Part shown: one piece after another, positions 42,555-52,279 of the stretch
Position numbering within the stretch: position 1 is the first letter of the stretch
Layout of the letters: every line of letters begins with the position of its first letter
Source: a virus
Lineage: Duplodnaviria > Heunggongvirae > Uroviricota > Caudoviricetes
Virus record (IMG/VR): IMGVR_UViG_3300003097_000006
DNA: 64,000 nucleotides
Reading direction: 5' to 3' (one strand)
Notes under the pieces: model-generated
Database searches by the model: none
What the model was told of the DNA's origin: nothing
What the model saw: only the letters and a program-made list of their open reading frames with translations
Program-made: the position numbers and the translations under genes

Positions 42555-43612
42555 TGGCTAATGACGCTATCGAAGTAACCAATCAAGAAGTAACCAACCC
42601 TATGTTTATCGACACTGACAACTTCAACTTCTTCGATTTGGAAGACGTTGTGCAGGAAGATACTAACGAGTTGGGTTATTCCACCAAACAAACTGGCAAA
42701 GACCTCATGACCAAAGATGAAATCTCTGACCTCGTAGGTGAAGATGAGGAAGAATCTGAGGAAGAAGAGCACGATGAGCTCCCAGATGAGGGTGATGAGG
42801 ACGAAAATGATGAGTCCGAGGAAACTGAGGAAGGCGAAGTCGAAGTAACCGATGAAGACGGTGAAGAAGTTGACTTTGAATCCTATGAAGTAACCCTGCC
42901 GTCAGGCGAAGTTGTAGTTCTGAGTGAAGCTATTCAGGGTTATAAAGCTGCTGCTGAATTGAAAGCTGAACGTGAAGAGTTTGAAACAACTCGTGATGCG
43001 TTTGCACAAGAATCAGAGAAAGTTGCTAAATATCTTGAACTGGCTCGTCTTGAAGCTGACCGTGTTATCGAAGATTATGAAGATTTCGATTGGGCTGCTT
43101 ATAAGAAAGACGACCCTGTAGGTTATGTTGAGAACCGTGAGTTCCTTGACCGCTATAAAGCTCGTCGTCAGGAAATTCTGGCTGCTCAGCAAGAACTCGA
43201 AGAAGAAAAAGCTGCTAAGGATGCAGAAGAGTTTAAAGTCAAGGCTCGTGAAGCGGGTGTAGTTCTGGCTCGTGATATCCCTGGCTGGAATAACGACCTG
43301 TATCAGCAACTGATGGTTTACGCTGTAGAGAACGGTGCTAACGCTGAAGAAATCGCTAACTCTGTTGACCCAACTATCTTTAAGATTCTGTATAAAGCTA
43401 TGCAGTATGAGAAAGGTAAGCAGGTTGTTAAGGCGAAAGTTAAACGTGTTGGTGGTTCTCCGAAGAAAGTTGCTACCCCATCTGCTAAACCTGCTCCTAC
43501 TTCAGAGGCTACCCAGAAGGGTGCTGCTAAGAAAGCAATCATCAAGAAAATGGAGAATGGCGGTCTGAACGAACGTGAACTGCGTAATTCCTTCAATTTC
43601 CTGGAAGATTAA
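42554..43612 (+). CDS. scaffolding protein (acidic, coiled-coil, 352 aa)
   Basis: Contains poly-Glu/Asp stretches (EDEEESEEEEHDELPDEGDEDENDESEETEEGE) followed by long helical segments. It lies directly upstream of the capsid gene. Confidence 0.55.
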   Translation: MANDAIEVTNQEVTNPMFIDTDNFNFFDLEDVVQEDTNELGYSTKQTGKDLMTKDEISDLVGEDEEESEEEEHDELPDEGDEDENDESEETEEGEVEVTDEDGEEVDFESYEVTLPSGEVVVLSEAIQGYKAAAELKAEREEFETTRDAFAQESEKVAKYLELARLEADRVIEDYEDFDWAAYKKDDPVGYVENREFLDRYKARRQEILAAQQELEEEKAAKDAEEFKVKAREAGVVLARDIPGWNNDLYQQLMVYAVENGANAEEIANSVDPTIFKILYKAMQYEKGKQVVKAKVKRVGGSPKKVATPSAKPAPTSEATQKGAAKKAIIKKMENGGLNERELRNSFNFLED

Positions 43613-43736
43613 TAGGTTAATCTGTAAGGCAATGTAACAAAACGTACTATAATAGTATGTTAACAACAAGGAAATGCCTTGTGTGCTTAACTCAAGCCGC
43701 AAGGCAACTACAATATATTCAGAGGAGAATTCTCTA

Positions 43737-44675
43737 ATGGCAGATACTACTTTAGTTTCTTACGACCTGAACGGTAAGAAACTCTCTTTTGCAAACTGGA
43801 TTTCGAACCTGTCTCCTACTGAGACCCCGTTCGTATCTATGACTGGTAAAGAAGCAATCAATCAGACCCTGTTCCAATGGCAGACTGATACCCTTGAAAC
43901 TGCGAATGCGAACAACGCCGTAGTTGAAGGTTCTGCTGCTGAAGCACCAGTTCGTAGCTCTACCACTGTACTGTCCAACGTTACCCAGATTCTGCGTAAA
44001 GTTGTTCGTGTTTCTGACACTGCTAACGCTCTGGCGAACTATGGCCGTGGTCAAGAACTCCAGTACCAGATGGAAAAAGCTGGTAAAGAAATCAAACGTG
44101 ACCTCGAAGTTGCGCTGCTGCGTAACGGTGCGAAGGTTGATGGTTCTGGCACTGTAGCACGTAAGACCGCTGGCTTTAAAGCTCTGGTTGCTGCTAAAGA
44201 TGCTGCTGACCCAGATACCGGTGCAGTAGTTCACAAAGAAACTGCGGCTTCTGGTGTAATTACCGAAGCAGAGCTGTTTGACCTGACATACAACCTGTAC
44301 CTGTCCGGTTCTAACGCTAACATCATCATGTTCCACCCGAAACACGCAAGCTTCTTCGCGTCTCTGATGGAAACTCCGGCTGCTGGTGCAAACCGTATGA
44401 AGATGTTCGATGGTCAAGATACCAAGTTCAACCAGTACGTTTCTACCGTAGTTGACCCGCTGGGTCAGTTGTTCAAACTGATTCCTAACCGTTGGATGGG
44501 CGAAGCTGATGTTTACTTCTTCACTCCTTCTGACTGGACTCAGATGGTACTGCGCGCTCCACAGCGTACCAAACTGGCGAAAGACGGTTCCTACGAAAAA
44601 TGGATGGTTGAGATGGAAGTTGGTCTGCGTCACCGCAACCCGTATGCTTCCGGCATCCTGTCTATCAAAGCTTAA
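43737..44675 (+). CDS. major capsid protein, lambda gpE-like (312 aa)
   Basis: A GAGGAG ribosome-binding site is present. NANIIMFHPKHASFFASL resembles the lambda gpE block NIIVFDPKGWALFRSF. A strong intrinsic terminator follows the gene. Confidence 0.75.
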   Translation: MADTTLVSYDLNGKKLSFANWISNLSPTETPFVSMTGKEAINQTLFQWQTDTLETANANNAVVEGSAAEAPVRSSTTVLSNVTQILRKVVRVSDTANALANYGRGQELQYQMEKAGKEIKRDLEVALLRNGAKVDGSGTVARKTAGFKALVAAKDAADPDTGAVVHKETAASGVITEAELFDLTYNLYLSGSNANIIMFHPKHASFFASLMETPAAGANRMKMFDGQDTKFNQYVSTVVDPLGQLFKLIPNRWMGEADVYFFTPSDWTQMVLRAPQRTKLAKDGSYEKWMVEMEVGLRHRNPYASGILSIKA

Positions 44676-44695
44676 TCGTAAGTTTTGAAACCTTT

Positions 44696-44728
44696 AAAGG
44701 GGAGGAGAAATCCTCTCCTTTTTTTTTT
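44696..44728 (+). terminator. Rho-independent terminator after the major capsid gene
   Basis: A 10-bp stem AAAGGGGAGG/CCTCTCCTTT with loop AGAAAT, followed by T10. Confidence 0.75.
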
Positions 44729-44752
44729 GAAAAAGTTCTAGGAGAATACTAG

Positions 44753-46510
44753 ATGGCAGATACCACATTAGTATCCTATGACCTGAATGGTAAGAAACTT
44801 TCATTTGCGAACTGGATTTCCAATCTGTCCCCAGATGAAACACCCTTCGTGTCCATGACAGGCAAGGAGAGCATTGCTCAAACTCTTTTCCAATGGCAGA
44901 CTGACTCGCTCGAAGCAGCCGTTGATAATAACGCAGTTGTTGAAGGCTCACAAGCTGAAGCACCTATTAGAAAAACAACCCTGACACTCAACAACGTTAC
45001 TCAAATCCTTCGCAAAGTAGTTAAAGTTTCCGATACATCTCAGAGCTTGGCTAACTATGGTCGTGGTAATGAACTGAAGTATCAAATGGAGAAAGCAGGT
45101 AAAGAGATTAAGCGTGACTTGGAAGTAATTTTCCTTTCTGCTCAAGATAGAGTAGATGGTGATGCAACTACCATTCCTCGCAAAACCGCAGCATTCCAGA
45201 AACTTGTTGCAGCATTTGAAGTAGCAGACCCAGACACAGGTGCTATCGTTCATAAGGCAATGGCAGGTGAAACTCCTACCGAATCCGAAATCTTTGATAT
45301 CACTTACAACCTGTATCTGTCAGGCTCCAAAGCAAACATTATCATGTTCCATCCTAAGTTTGCTTCCTTCTTCAGTTCACTGATGGAAGTTTCTCAGACT
45401 GGCAACCGTGTTAAACTGTTTGATGGTGAAGATACTCGTTACAACAAATATGTGACTGAAGTGGTTGACCCACTGGGTTGCACTTATAAGCTGGTTCCAA
45501 ACCGTTGGATGCCAGAAAAAGCAATCTACTTCCTCAGTGCATCTGATTGGACTCAAATGGTTCTCCGTGCTCCAGAAAGAACTAAGCTTGCAAAAGACGG
45601 TTCTTATGAGAAGTGGATGTTGGAAATGGAAGTTGGTCTGAGACACCGTCACCCTTATGCCTCTGGTATTCTGGTAACTGCAAGTGCTGCTCCGGCTGAC
45701 CCAGTTGCCTCAATTGCACTGAACAACACAAACTTCTACGGCGGTTTGAATGCTCTGCAAGTTGGTGCTGCTGCTACTTCCGATGCTGTTGCTGCTACAA
45801 CCTCTACAGCTAACGTAACTATTCTGCCATCTGGTGCAAACCAAGCGTTTACTGCCGTGAGCTCTGCTCCTGCTGTTGCAACGGTTGCAATCCAAGGTAG
45901 TTCTGTTAAGATTACTGCTGTGAGTGCTGGTACTGCAACCCTGACTGTTACTTCTGTTGGTGACCCGACTAAGACTGCAACTGCTACAATTACTGTTTAT
46001 GATAGAAGTGTTTCTACTGATTCCTTCTCTAATCAGCCGTTGTATGTAGGTCAGACTCAGACTATCGGTAAGTCAATCGATGTTTCAACCCCTGCTCCAA
46101 CTTGGAGTTACGTATCTCTGGATACATCGGTTGCGACAGTTAACAGTTCTGGTGTGACTACTGCTGTTGGTTCTGGCTTTACCCGTATCCGTGCAATCGC
46201 TGCTGTAAACGGTATTCGCTTCTTCGACCAATCTGGTATTGATGTTGAAGCTGCTGTAGTGGTGACTGCAACTGGTGGTGCTGCAACTGTTGCCTCTGGC
46301 TCTACAGTAAATCTTGCTTCTGCATTTAGTGCAACCCCTGCATCTGCTCAGACTAAGGGCTTCACTTATGCATCCAGCAATGACACTAACGCAAGCGTAG
46401 ATGCTTCTGGTGTTGTGACTGGTAAAGTTGCTAGTACAAGTGTTACAATTACTGCAACTTCTAAAGCAGACACAACTAAGTCCGCAACTAAAGTTGTAAA
46501 CGTGACCTAA
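44753..46510 (+). CDS. capsid-protein paralog with C-terminal tandem Ig-like (Big_2-type) domains (585 aa)
   Basis: The first roughly 310 aa are about 70% identical in protein sequence to gene 43737..44675 but heavily diverged at synonymous sites. The C-terminal roughly 270 aa are Thr/Ala/Val/Ser-rich repeats (ITAVSAGTATLTVTSVGDPTKTATATITV etc.). Confidence 0.7.
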   Translation: MADTTLVSYDLNGKKLSFANWISNLSPDETPFVSMTGKESIAQTLFQWQTDSLEAAVDNNAVVEGSQAEAPIRKTTLTLNNVTQILRKVVKVSDTSQSLANYGRGNELKYQMEKAGKEIKRDLEVIFLSAQDRVDGDATTIPRKTAAFQKLVAAFEVADPDTGAIVHKAMAGETPTESEIFDITYNLYLSGSKANIIMFHPKFASFFSSLMEVSQTGNRVKLFDGEDTRYNKYVTEVVDPLGCTYKLVPNRWMPEKAIYFLSASDWTQMVLRAPERTKLAKDGSYEKWMLEMEVGLRHRHPYASGILVTASAAPADPVASIALNNTNFYGGLNALQVGAAATSDAVAATTSTANVTILPSGANQAFTAVSSAPAVATVAIQGSSVKITAVSAGTATLTVTSVGDPTKTATATITVYDRSVSTDSFSNQPLYVGQTQTIGKSIDVSTPAPTWSYVSLDTSVATVNSSGVTTAVGSGFTRIRAIAAVNGIRFFDQSGIDVEAAVVVTATGGAATVASGSTVNLASAFSATPASAQTKGFTYASSNDTNASVDASGVVTGKVASTSVTITATSKADTTKSATKVVNVT

Positions 46511-46523
46511 TACGTCAACCTAA

Positions 46524-46554
46524 GAGGGGCAGGGGTAATCCCCTCCCCTTTTTT
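46524..46554 (+). terminator. Rho-independent terminator after the Ig-decorated capsid paralog
   Basis: GAGGGGCAGGGG-TAAT-CCCCTCCCC followed by TTTTTT. Confidence 0.6.
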
Positions 46555-46572
46555 CGTTTCTGGAGGTTAATA

Positions 46573-46857
46573 ATGGCTGTACCAGCTCCGCTGTACAAAC
46601 TTAACTATCCTATCGAATCTGCTGAAGCTAAGAAGTTCTGGTCTTCTAATCTGAAGTTGAACAGAATCAAAGCAATCATCGCTTTCTCTCTTGATTTAGA
46701 GAACGCCAATGACAACTTGAGAAGATATGGATATTCCAAACAATATAGAAATCGCGCATTGAGAGCATTTGGCCAATACGTGAATAATCCAACAATGGCA
46801 GGTGTTCCCTTCAACCAGTTGGAAGACAAATGGTGGGAAGAAATGCCATACGCATAA
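46573..46857 (+). CDS. hypothetical virion protein (94 aa)
   Basis: A GGAGG ribosome-binding site is present. Located in the structural module. Confidence 0.55.
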   Translation: MAVPAPLYKLNYPIESAEAKKFWSSNLKLNRIKAIIAFSLDLENANDNLRRYGYSKQYRNRALRAFGQYVNNPTMAGVPFNQLEDKWWEEMPYA

Positions 46858-46871
46858 GATAAGGAGTTAAC

Positions 46872-47063
46872 ATGTGGGCTTTCTTTGTTAAAGCCCTCGT
46901 GGCATTTGGGTACAACCTAATGGTAGCGCTTGTTGGTGAGGCGATGATTCAGTGGGTGTTCTTCAAAGTGACACGTTGGCTTGCCTCTAAGACCAAAACC
47001 AAAGTCGATGATGAGTTTATCGAAAAGTTAGAAGATAACTACAAACGCGGTAAGGGTGGTTAA
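46872..47063 (+). CDS. small membrane protein (63 aa)
   Basis: The N-terminal hydrophobic segment FFVKALVAFGYNLMVALVGEAMIQWVFF is followed by a charged tail. Confidence 0.5.
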   Translation: MWAFFVKALVAFGYNLMVALVGEAMIQWVFFKVTRWLASKTKTKVDDEFIEKLEDNYKRGKGG

Positions 47064-47108
47064 TAATCGGAACTAAGAGAGTATGCAAGTGCTCTCTTTG
47101 GAGGAAAG

Positions 47109-47798
47109 ATGAATCAGATTAACAACTATAAAGATTTAAAAGATGCTGTACAACTCTGGCTTAACCGTCGAGACCCTGCAACCGTGAACAACATCCCAAT
47201 GTTTATTAACTTTGCAGAGAAACAATTCACTCGATTAGTTAAATTGCCATATTATGAAACTGGTGTTAACTTTACCATTGACGACCAGTTCAACTACGTA
47301 GTAATCCCTCAAGACTTCCTGAGTGCAAAACATGTCATGGTAAATGGTAAGCCATATAACCGTACAGATGTTGAAACATTCATGAGACTTAAGAACATGG
47401 GCAACTTCAGTGATGTTCAACAAGCATCTACTGACCCGAACCCAAGCCAAGACGTCCTCAAGTCGGGTTCGACCTCAGAGAAGAATTACTTCTTCACTCG
47501 TATCGGTGAACAAATCCACTTCCTTCCAACTCCAGTTCCTGGTGATGTGATTGAGTTGATTTACTCACAAGATATCCCAGAGATGACGTTTGATAATGAC
47601 CAACCATATTCACTATTGATTGCTCCAGACGTTCTGATGTACCTGTCACTGAGACACGCTTCAATTTTCCTCCGTGATAATGAACAAGAACAATTCTGGA
47701 TGTCTAAAGCCCAAGAAGCAGCTGAATCCTTGAAACAGCAGCTCGACGAAGCCGAATGGTCTGGTTCTGCTCTTGTTGTTCCATTCTTTGACCGATAA
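47109..47798 (+). CDS. hypothetical structural protein (229 aa)
   Basis: Plus-strand ORF with a GGAGGA ribosome-binding site. Confidence 0.55.
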   Translation: MNQINNYKDLKDAVQLWLNRRDPATVNNIPMFINFAEKQFTRLVKLPYYETGVNFTIDDQFNYVVIPQDFLSAKHVMVNGKPYNRTDVETFMRLKNMGNFSDVQQASTDPNPSQDVLKSGSTSEKNYFFTRIGEQIHFLPTPVPGDVIELIYSQDIPEMTFDNDQPYSLLIAPDVLMYLSLRHASIFLRDNEQEQFWMSKAQEAAESLKQQLDEAEWSGSALVVPFFDR

Positions 47799-47807
47799 GG
47801 AGTAATA

Positions 47808-48569
47808 ATGGCTACGTTACCAACTAAACCAGATGCGTTTACACAACCAGCATCTGAGGATATTTCAAACTTGGGGGTCAACGTAGCCCCCTTTGCTTGG
47901 ACTACCAATGATATTACCAGTGTTAAAGACATTCTGACCTATGTTCAGACTGCACTTCAAGCTGCTGAATCTGCTCAAGCAAATGCTGCTGTAGCTACTG
48001 CTGCTGTTGACAGGATTAACCTATTGGATTCACAATATCAAGTCAAGCTTCAAGACATTGACCAAATGTATGATAATATGGTCACCCTGTCAAATAACGT
48101 AACTGTTACGAACGCTGATTTGATTCAGTATCGTGACCAAACTAAAGCATACCGAGATACAACCCAAGCCATGTACACTGAAGTTATTGGATTGAGAGAT
48201 GATATCTTAACTTATGCACTTCAAGCAATTTATAAGTACTTTGCTAACAACAACCCCGGTGCTTCTGGTTCATTGGCACTTAACGTTGCAGATGGTACAG
48301 TACAGTTTTTCAAATTGCAACAACCTTCTACCACATTTAACATTGCAACCTTCACAGACCCAGTAAGTACTTGTCGACAAATCACTTTGATTCTTCAGCA
48401 AGGTACTGGTGCAAACCAAGTGACTTGGCCTTCTAAGGTTAGATGGAACAACAACAGGACTCCAGTTCTGTCATACGTTAAGGATAAGGTTGACTTTATC
48501 ACACTTTTAACTAAAGACTCAGGTGCCACTTGGTACGGTTTCTACAACGGGGGTTGGTTCAATGCTTAA
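47808..48569 (+). CDS. tail-fibre-like protein with conserved N-terminal anchor motif (253 aa)
   Basis: The N-terminal block FAWTTNDITSVKDILTYVQTALQAAESAQANA is shared with gene 51456..51914. Confidence 0.55.
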   Translation: MATLPTKPDAFTQPASEDISNLGVNVAPFAWTTNDITSVKDILTYVQTALQAAESAQANAAVATAAVDRINLLDSQYQVKLQDIDQMYDNMVTLSNNVTVTNADLIQYRDQTKAYRDTTQAMYTEVIGLRDDILTYALQAIYKYFANNNPGASGSLALNVADGTVQFFKLQQPSTTFNIATFTDPVSTCRQITLILQQGTGANQVTWPSKVRWNNNRTPVLSYVKDKVDFITLLTKDSGATWYGFYNGGWFNA

Positions 48570-51459
48570 TGCTTTATCGAATGCTAACTTTGACCAGAAC
48601 GATGTTGAATCAATGATGCAGGGACATTTGCTGTTCCTGCAAAAGAATACTGGTAGAACGGATGATGCTACTCAGCAACACTACGTTTTCAACCCAGAAA
48701 TGATTCTCTCGAACAACAGGCACTTCATTGCAAGGGCCCAGATGGAAGCACAGCCAAACGGTGATGCTACAACTGAAGGTCAGTCACTCCAAATCATTGG
48801 TTTCTGTTATGCATATATGGCTACAGGTGTTCCTGAATATCTACAAGCAGCAAGAGATTGTTTTGATGCGTACATTGACCACTTCTATGCAGGACAACCA
48901 ATTCCAAACTCACCTCAGCGTTACATCTGTAACTGGCTGGTGAATGGTAAAGAACCTGTACTGGCTAACTGGCCTGTAGACCTTGAATTTCCGACTCACT
49001 CCGGTTTCAAAGGTGTGATGATGAATTTCACCAATGGTAGAACTCAAATCCCTCATGGTGCTCCATATTGGGGCGAGTACGTTGATAAGGTTACGTTTGC
49101 TTTTGATGGTGCATTAGGTTGGGATTCAATTGTAGGTGCAGTTAAGGGTATCAACCCCGACGGTTCTACGGACTGGAACTCTGATGGTGTTCAATACGAT
49201 TGTGAATGGGTAATCTCGTACACTGGTCAGAAGATTACTGGTGATGCTTGGAAGGGTAATGACATTGATGGGAATTATCGTGAAGGGTCTGGCTGGATTC
49301 TGTCTGAAGGTCATCCAACATCTGAAATCGGTACAGTTCAACTCGGTAACAAGAACGTCCAAGGTAATCACAAGTTAAACTGGGGTAACAGGCAGCCAGT
49401 TGAGCATGGTGGTTATATGATGCAAAGGAATGAAGTGTGGCATAACCGTCCACTCAACGTTCCAGTAGCAGTTGACAAAGGTGATGGTCAAGGTCGTCCA
49501 TACGGTCAGCTCGGTAACGCATCTGATGCCGAACAGTGGTTTGCTGATGCTGCTTATTTGCTGTATAAGATTACTGGTGAGTCAAAATACTGGACTGTTT
49601 GGCAATGTGTTATTGAAACGGTAACTGAATACTCCAACATTGACGCTGTAGATAGATTCTTCCGTCAAGAAGTTGGTGCAAACACTCCGTGGACTGATGG
49701 CATCTCTTATGACTACCAATATCCATCTGGAAACAAGGTTGGTTACATTCGTGACGAGAACGGCTACATCGGCGTCACAGTAGCTGAGGGTGGTTCTAAC
49801 ACAATGGAGCAACAGGCCGTTTGGTATCTGTGTGATAACAACTCTAAGGTGAGAACTACGATTGGAGGGAGAGGTAACTTAGGTGAAAACCTGAACGTTG
49901 AAGTGACAATTAGTATGGCTAATAGTAAAACTGAGCCTGAAGCTAATTGGACTATTTGGAAGGCGAATTTGCCGTACCCATCAGAACAGCCGAACATTAT
50001 CGACACTAAGATGAATGAATTCCTTCAATTAAGACGTGAAGACGGTTCTGAATTCGTAATGGCAGATAGTCGCTCTGTTGTAAACTATGGTGCTTCTGAG
50101 AACACAATGATGTTCCAAGATAATATCATTGATGGTCGTACAGCACAAGTTTCCTACAACACTTTGCGTAACTCTGGTTCTGGTGTGATTATTGGTTTCT
50201 GGTTGCTGGAAAGCAAGAGACTTGATGTTACTTCAATCGTTATGAAAAGTAACATGGGGTTAGATATCGGAATCACTGACGATAACGGTTGGTACTGGCA
50301 CTGGCAGGTTCCTTCGACTGGTAACCAATGGAAAGAAGTTTCACTACCTCGCTCTGGTTTGATTATTAATGATTATCAAGCGAACCCTGGTACCCCTCCA
50401 TCAGCTCCGTCTTATACAACTGTAGACCAAATTGAGATTACTCAGACTAGTAACAACCCAAGTGGTGAGTTTACTTGGTATTCAGTGAACGAAATGCCAA
50501 GACGTTATAATCTGGGTAAACGTTACTTGATGAAATACTCAATGAACGTTCGTAACTCTGACTCTGGTTTCAGTTATAAGGTTGGTGACTGTATGGTTGT
50601 GGACTATCTGGATGGTGACCTGTTCTGTACTCCAGGTGTTATTCCATTCTCAAATATCTACACCGAGGGTTCTCAACAGTTTGATGGTTGGCATGGTATG
50701 CCTTATCCTGGCTATCAATATCCATTTGTTTGGTTATTCAGGCCCAACTTTAAAACCAGACTGAATAACATGGTCGAGTTTATGTATCAATCTCAAACTT
50801 GGTTCCAAGGTAGATTTGGTACTCTCGGGCCAGGTGCTTCAGCCTATATCTGGAACCGTTGGGATAACTACAAATATGGTACACCAGATACCTGGACTAT
50901 GTACCACTGGGGTAGTGACCACGCTTGGGCAGGTTATCAGCCTCGTGCTTACTTTGGTGCTGCTCGTGCTTGGTACGAATTGGTACTTGAAGGGGAAACT
51001 GTTCCACCGAAACTGATTACATATGTTGAAAACTGGACTAAGTTCCTGTCTAAGACAATGGAAGCGAATGGTGGTTACTCTCCAACTGACTTTACAACAG
51101 ATGGTAGGGTAATTTGTGACCCCAATGACTTTACTGGTCATATGTGCGGTTTGTTCTTGGCAGGTGCTTGTATCTCATATTTGGCAGGTGCTAAAACCCC
51201 TGGTATTGAGAATCTGATTGAAATGTTAGCTGCTGAACTGAGCAGAAACTATCAAATCACCCCAACCCCAGACCATGTGATGAACGGCTCTTGGAGTCCT
51301 GCACTGAGATTGGGTACTGGTTCTGGTCCAGAAAACAATGGTATGTTCTTTGGCTTCTGGTCTGGTGAAATCCTGAGAGGCTTAGGCTTATACCTTCTTT
51401 ATAAGAAACTGTCTCCTAAAGATGACATGTACGAATACTCACAGGAGGAACATTCATGA
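48562..51459 (+). CDS. large tail protein, possibly a tailspike or receptor-binding protein (about 965 aa)
   Basis: The ATG at 48562 overlaps the stop of the previous gene. Trp/Gly/Asn-rich sequence typical of fibre or spike beta-structure. No enzymatic motif recognised. Confidence 0.6.
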   Translation: MLNALSNANFDQNDVESMMQGHLLFLQKNTGRTDDATQQHYVFNPEMILSNNRHFIARAQMEAQPNGDATTEGQSLQIIGFCYAYMATGVPEYLQAARDCFDAYIDHFYAGQPIPNSPQRYICNWLVNGKEPVLANWPVDLEFPTHSGFKGVMMNFTNGRTQIPHGAPYWGEYVDKVTFAFDGALGWDSIVGAVKGINPDGSTDWNSDGVQYDCEWVISYTGQKITGDAWKGNDIDGNYREGSGWILSEGHPTSEIGTVQLGNKNVQGNHKLNWGNRQPVEHGGYMMQRNEVWHNRPLNVPVAVDKGDGQGRPYGQLGNASDAEQWFADAAYLLYKITGESKYWTVWQCVIETVTEYSNIDAVDRFFRQEVGANTPWTDGISYDYQYPSGNKVGYIRDENGYIGVTVAEGGSNTMEQQAVWYLCDNNSKVRTTIGGRGNLGENLNVEVTISMANSKTEPEANWTIWKANLPYPSEQPNIIDTKMNEFLQLRREDGSEFVMADSRSVVNYGASENTMMFQDNIIDGRTAQVSYNTLRNSGSGVIIGFWLLESKRLDVTSIVMKSNMGLDIGITDDNGWYWHWQVPSTGNQWKEVSLPRSGLIINDYQANPGTPPSAPSYTTVDQIEITQTSNNPSGEFTWYSVNEMPRRYNLGKRYLMKYSMNVRNSDSGFSYKVGDCMVVDYLDGDLFCTPGVIPFSNIYTEGSQQFDGWHGMPYPGYQYPFVWLFRPNFKTRLNNMVEFMYQSQTWFQGRFGTLGPGASAYIWNRWDNYKYGTPDTWTMYHWGSDHAWAGYQPRAYFGAARAWYELVLEGETVPPKLITYVENWTKFLSKTMEANGGYSPTDFTTDGRVICDPNDFTGHMCGLFLAGACISYLAGAKTPGIENLIEMLAAELSRNYQITPTPDHVMNGSWSPALRLGTGSGPENNGMFFGFWSGEILRGLGLYLLYKKLSPKDDMYEYSQEEHS

Positions 51460-51914
51460 GTTTCTACAGCGCAAACGGGGTCAAGAGAGTCTATGACGTT
51501 CAAGCGGTTCTCGATGGTGACCCCGATATCGTAAGAGTAAGGGAGGCTAACGTCTCCCAGTTTGGTTGGACAACTAATGACCTCAAATCTGTAAAAGACT
51601 TGGTGACATGGGTTGCCGTAGCAATTGAAGCTGCTGAATCGGCTCAGGCAAACGCAAAGTACGTTGAAGACTCAGTCCAATACGTTCAAGACCGTTCTGC
51701 TGAAGTTGATAACAGTGTTTCAGACGCAAACACGATGTTGGCAAGTGTGACCTCACTCTACAATGATTTCATTCCCAAGTACAACACCTTCAATACGAAC
51801 TATGCAGACTTTACTTCCAAGTATGCAGACTTCCTGGTCAAGTACGCTGATTTCATTGAGAAATTCAACATCTGGGCTGCTTCGAATCTTCCAGACGCTC
51901 CTATTACTCCATAA
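51456..51914 (+). CDS. small fibre-associated protein sharing the N-terminal anchor motif (152 aa)
   Basis: FGWTTNDLKSVKDLVTWVAVAIEAAESAQANA. The C-terminus has three YADF repeats. Confidence 0.55.
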   Translation: MSFYSANGVKRVYDVQAVLDGDPDIVRVREANVSQFGWTTNDLKSVKDLVTWVAVAIEAAESAQANAKYVEDSVQYVQDRSAEVDNSVSDANTMLASVTSLYNDFIPKYNTFNTNYADFTSKYADFLVKYADFIEKFNIWAASNLPDAPITP

Positions 51915-52009
51915 TCAATTGACAAAAGCTGCTTTTAGTGCTGATTGGTAAGAACTCTTACTGAAAGGCACTAAAAGTTGTGTCAAGTGGAAAATAATGG
52001 GATACTGAA

Positions 52010-52279
52010 ATGTTTGAAGACAGCATAAGAAATATTCTTATTGGTGTAGCCACTTCTCTATCGGTTGCATCAATCGCAGTGGGCGTTAACACTTATGTTG
52101 ACGTTCAAATACTGAAAAATAACCAGTCCGAGCAAAAGGATACTGTAAAGACAATCCAAGAAATCCTTAATCGGATAGATAAAACTCAGGCTGTTCAAAG
52201 TGAAACAATTAAGACCCTATCTGACGTGGTTCAGAGAATAAACAGGGAAAACAAGGACGATTCGGGAGGTTCTAAATGA
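52010..52279 (+). CDS. hypothetical protein with N-terminal transmembrane segment (89 aa)
   Basis: ILIGVATSLSVASIAVGV is followed by a coiled-coil segment. Confidence 0.5.
   Translation: MFEDSIRNILIGVATSLSVASIAVGVNTYVDVQILKNNQSEQKDTVKTIQEILNRIDKTQAVQSETIKTLSDVVQRINRENKDDSGGSK

Noticed and set aside
43752-44633. 293-aa minus-strand ORF
   Set aside because: Antisense to the major capsid gene, which has a ribosome-binding site and gpE-like motifs.
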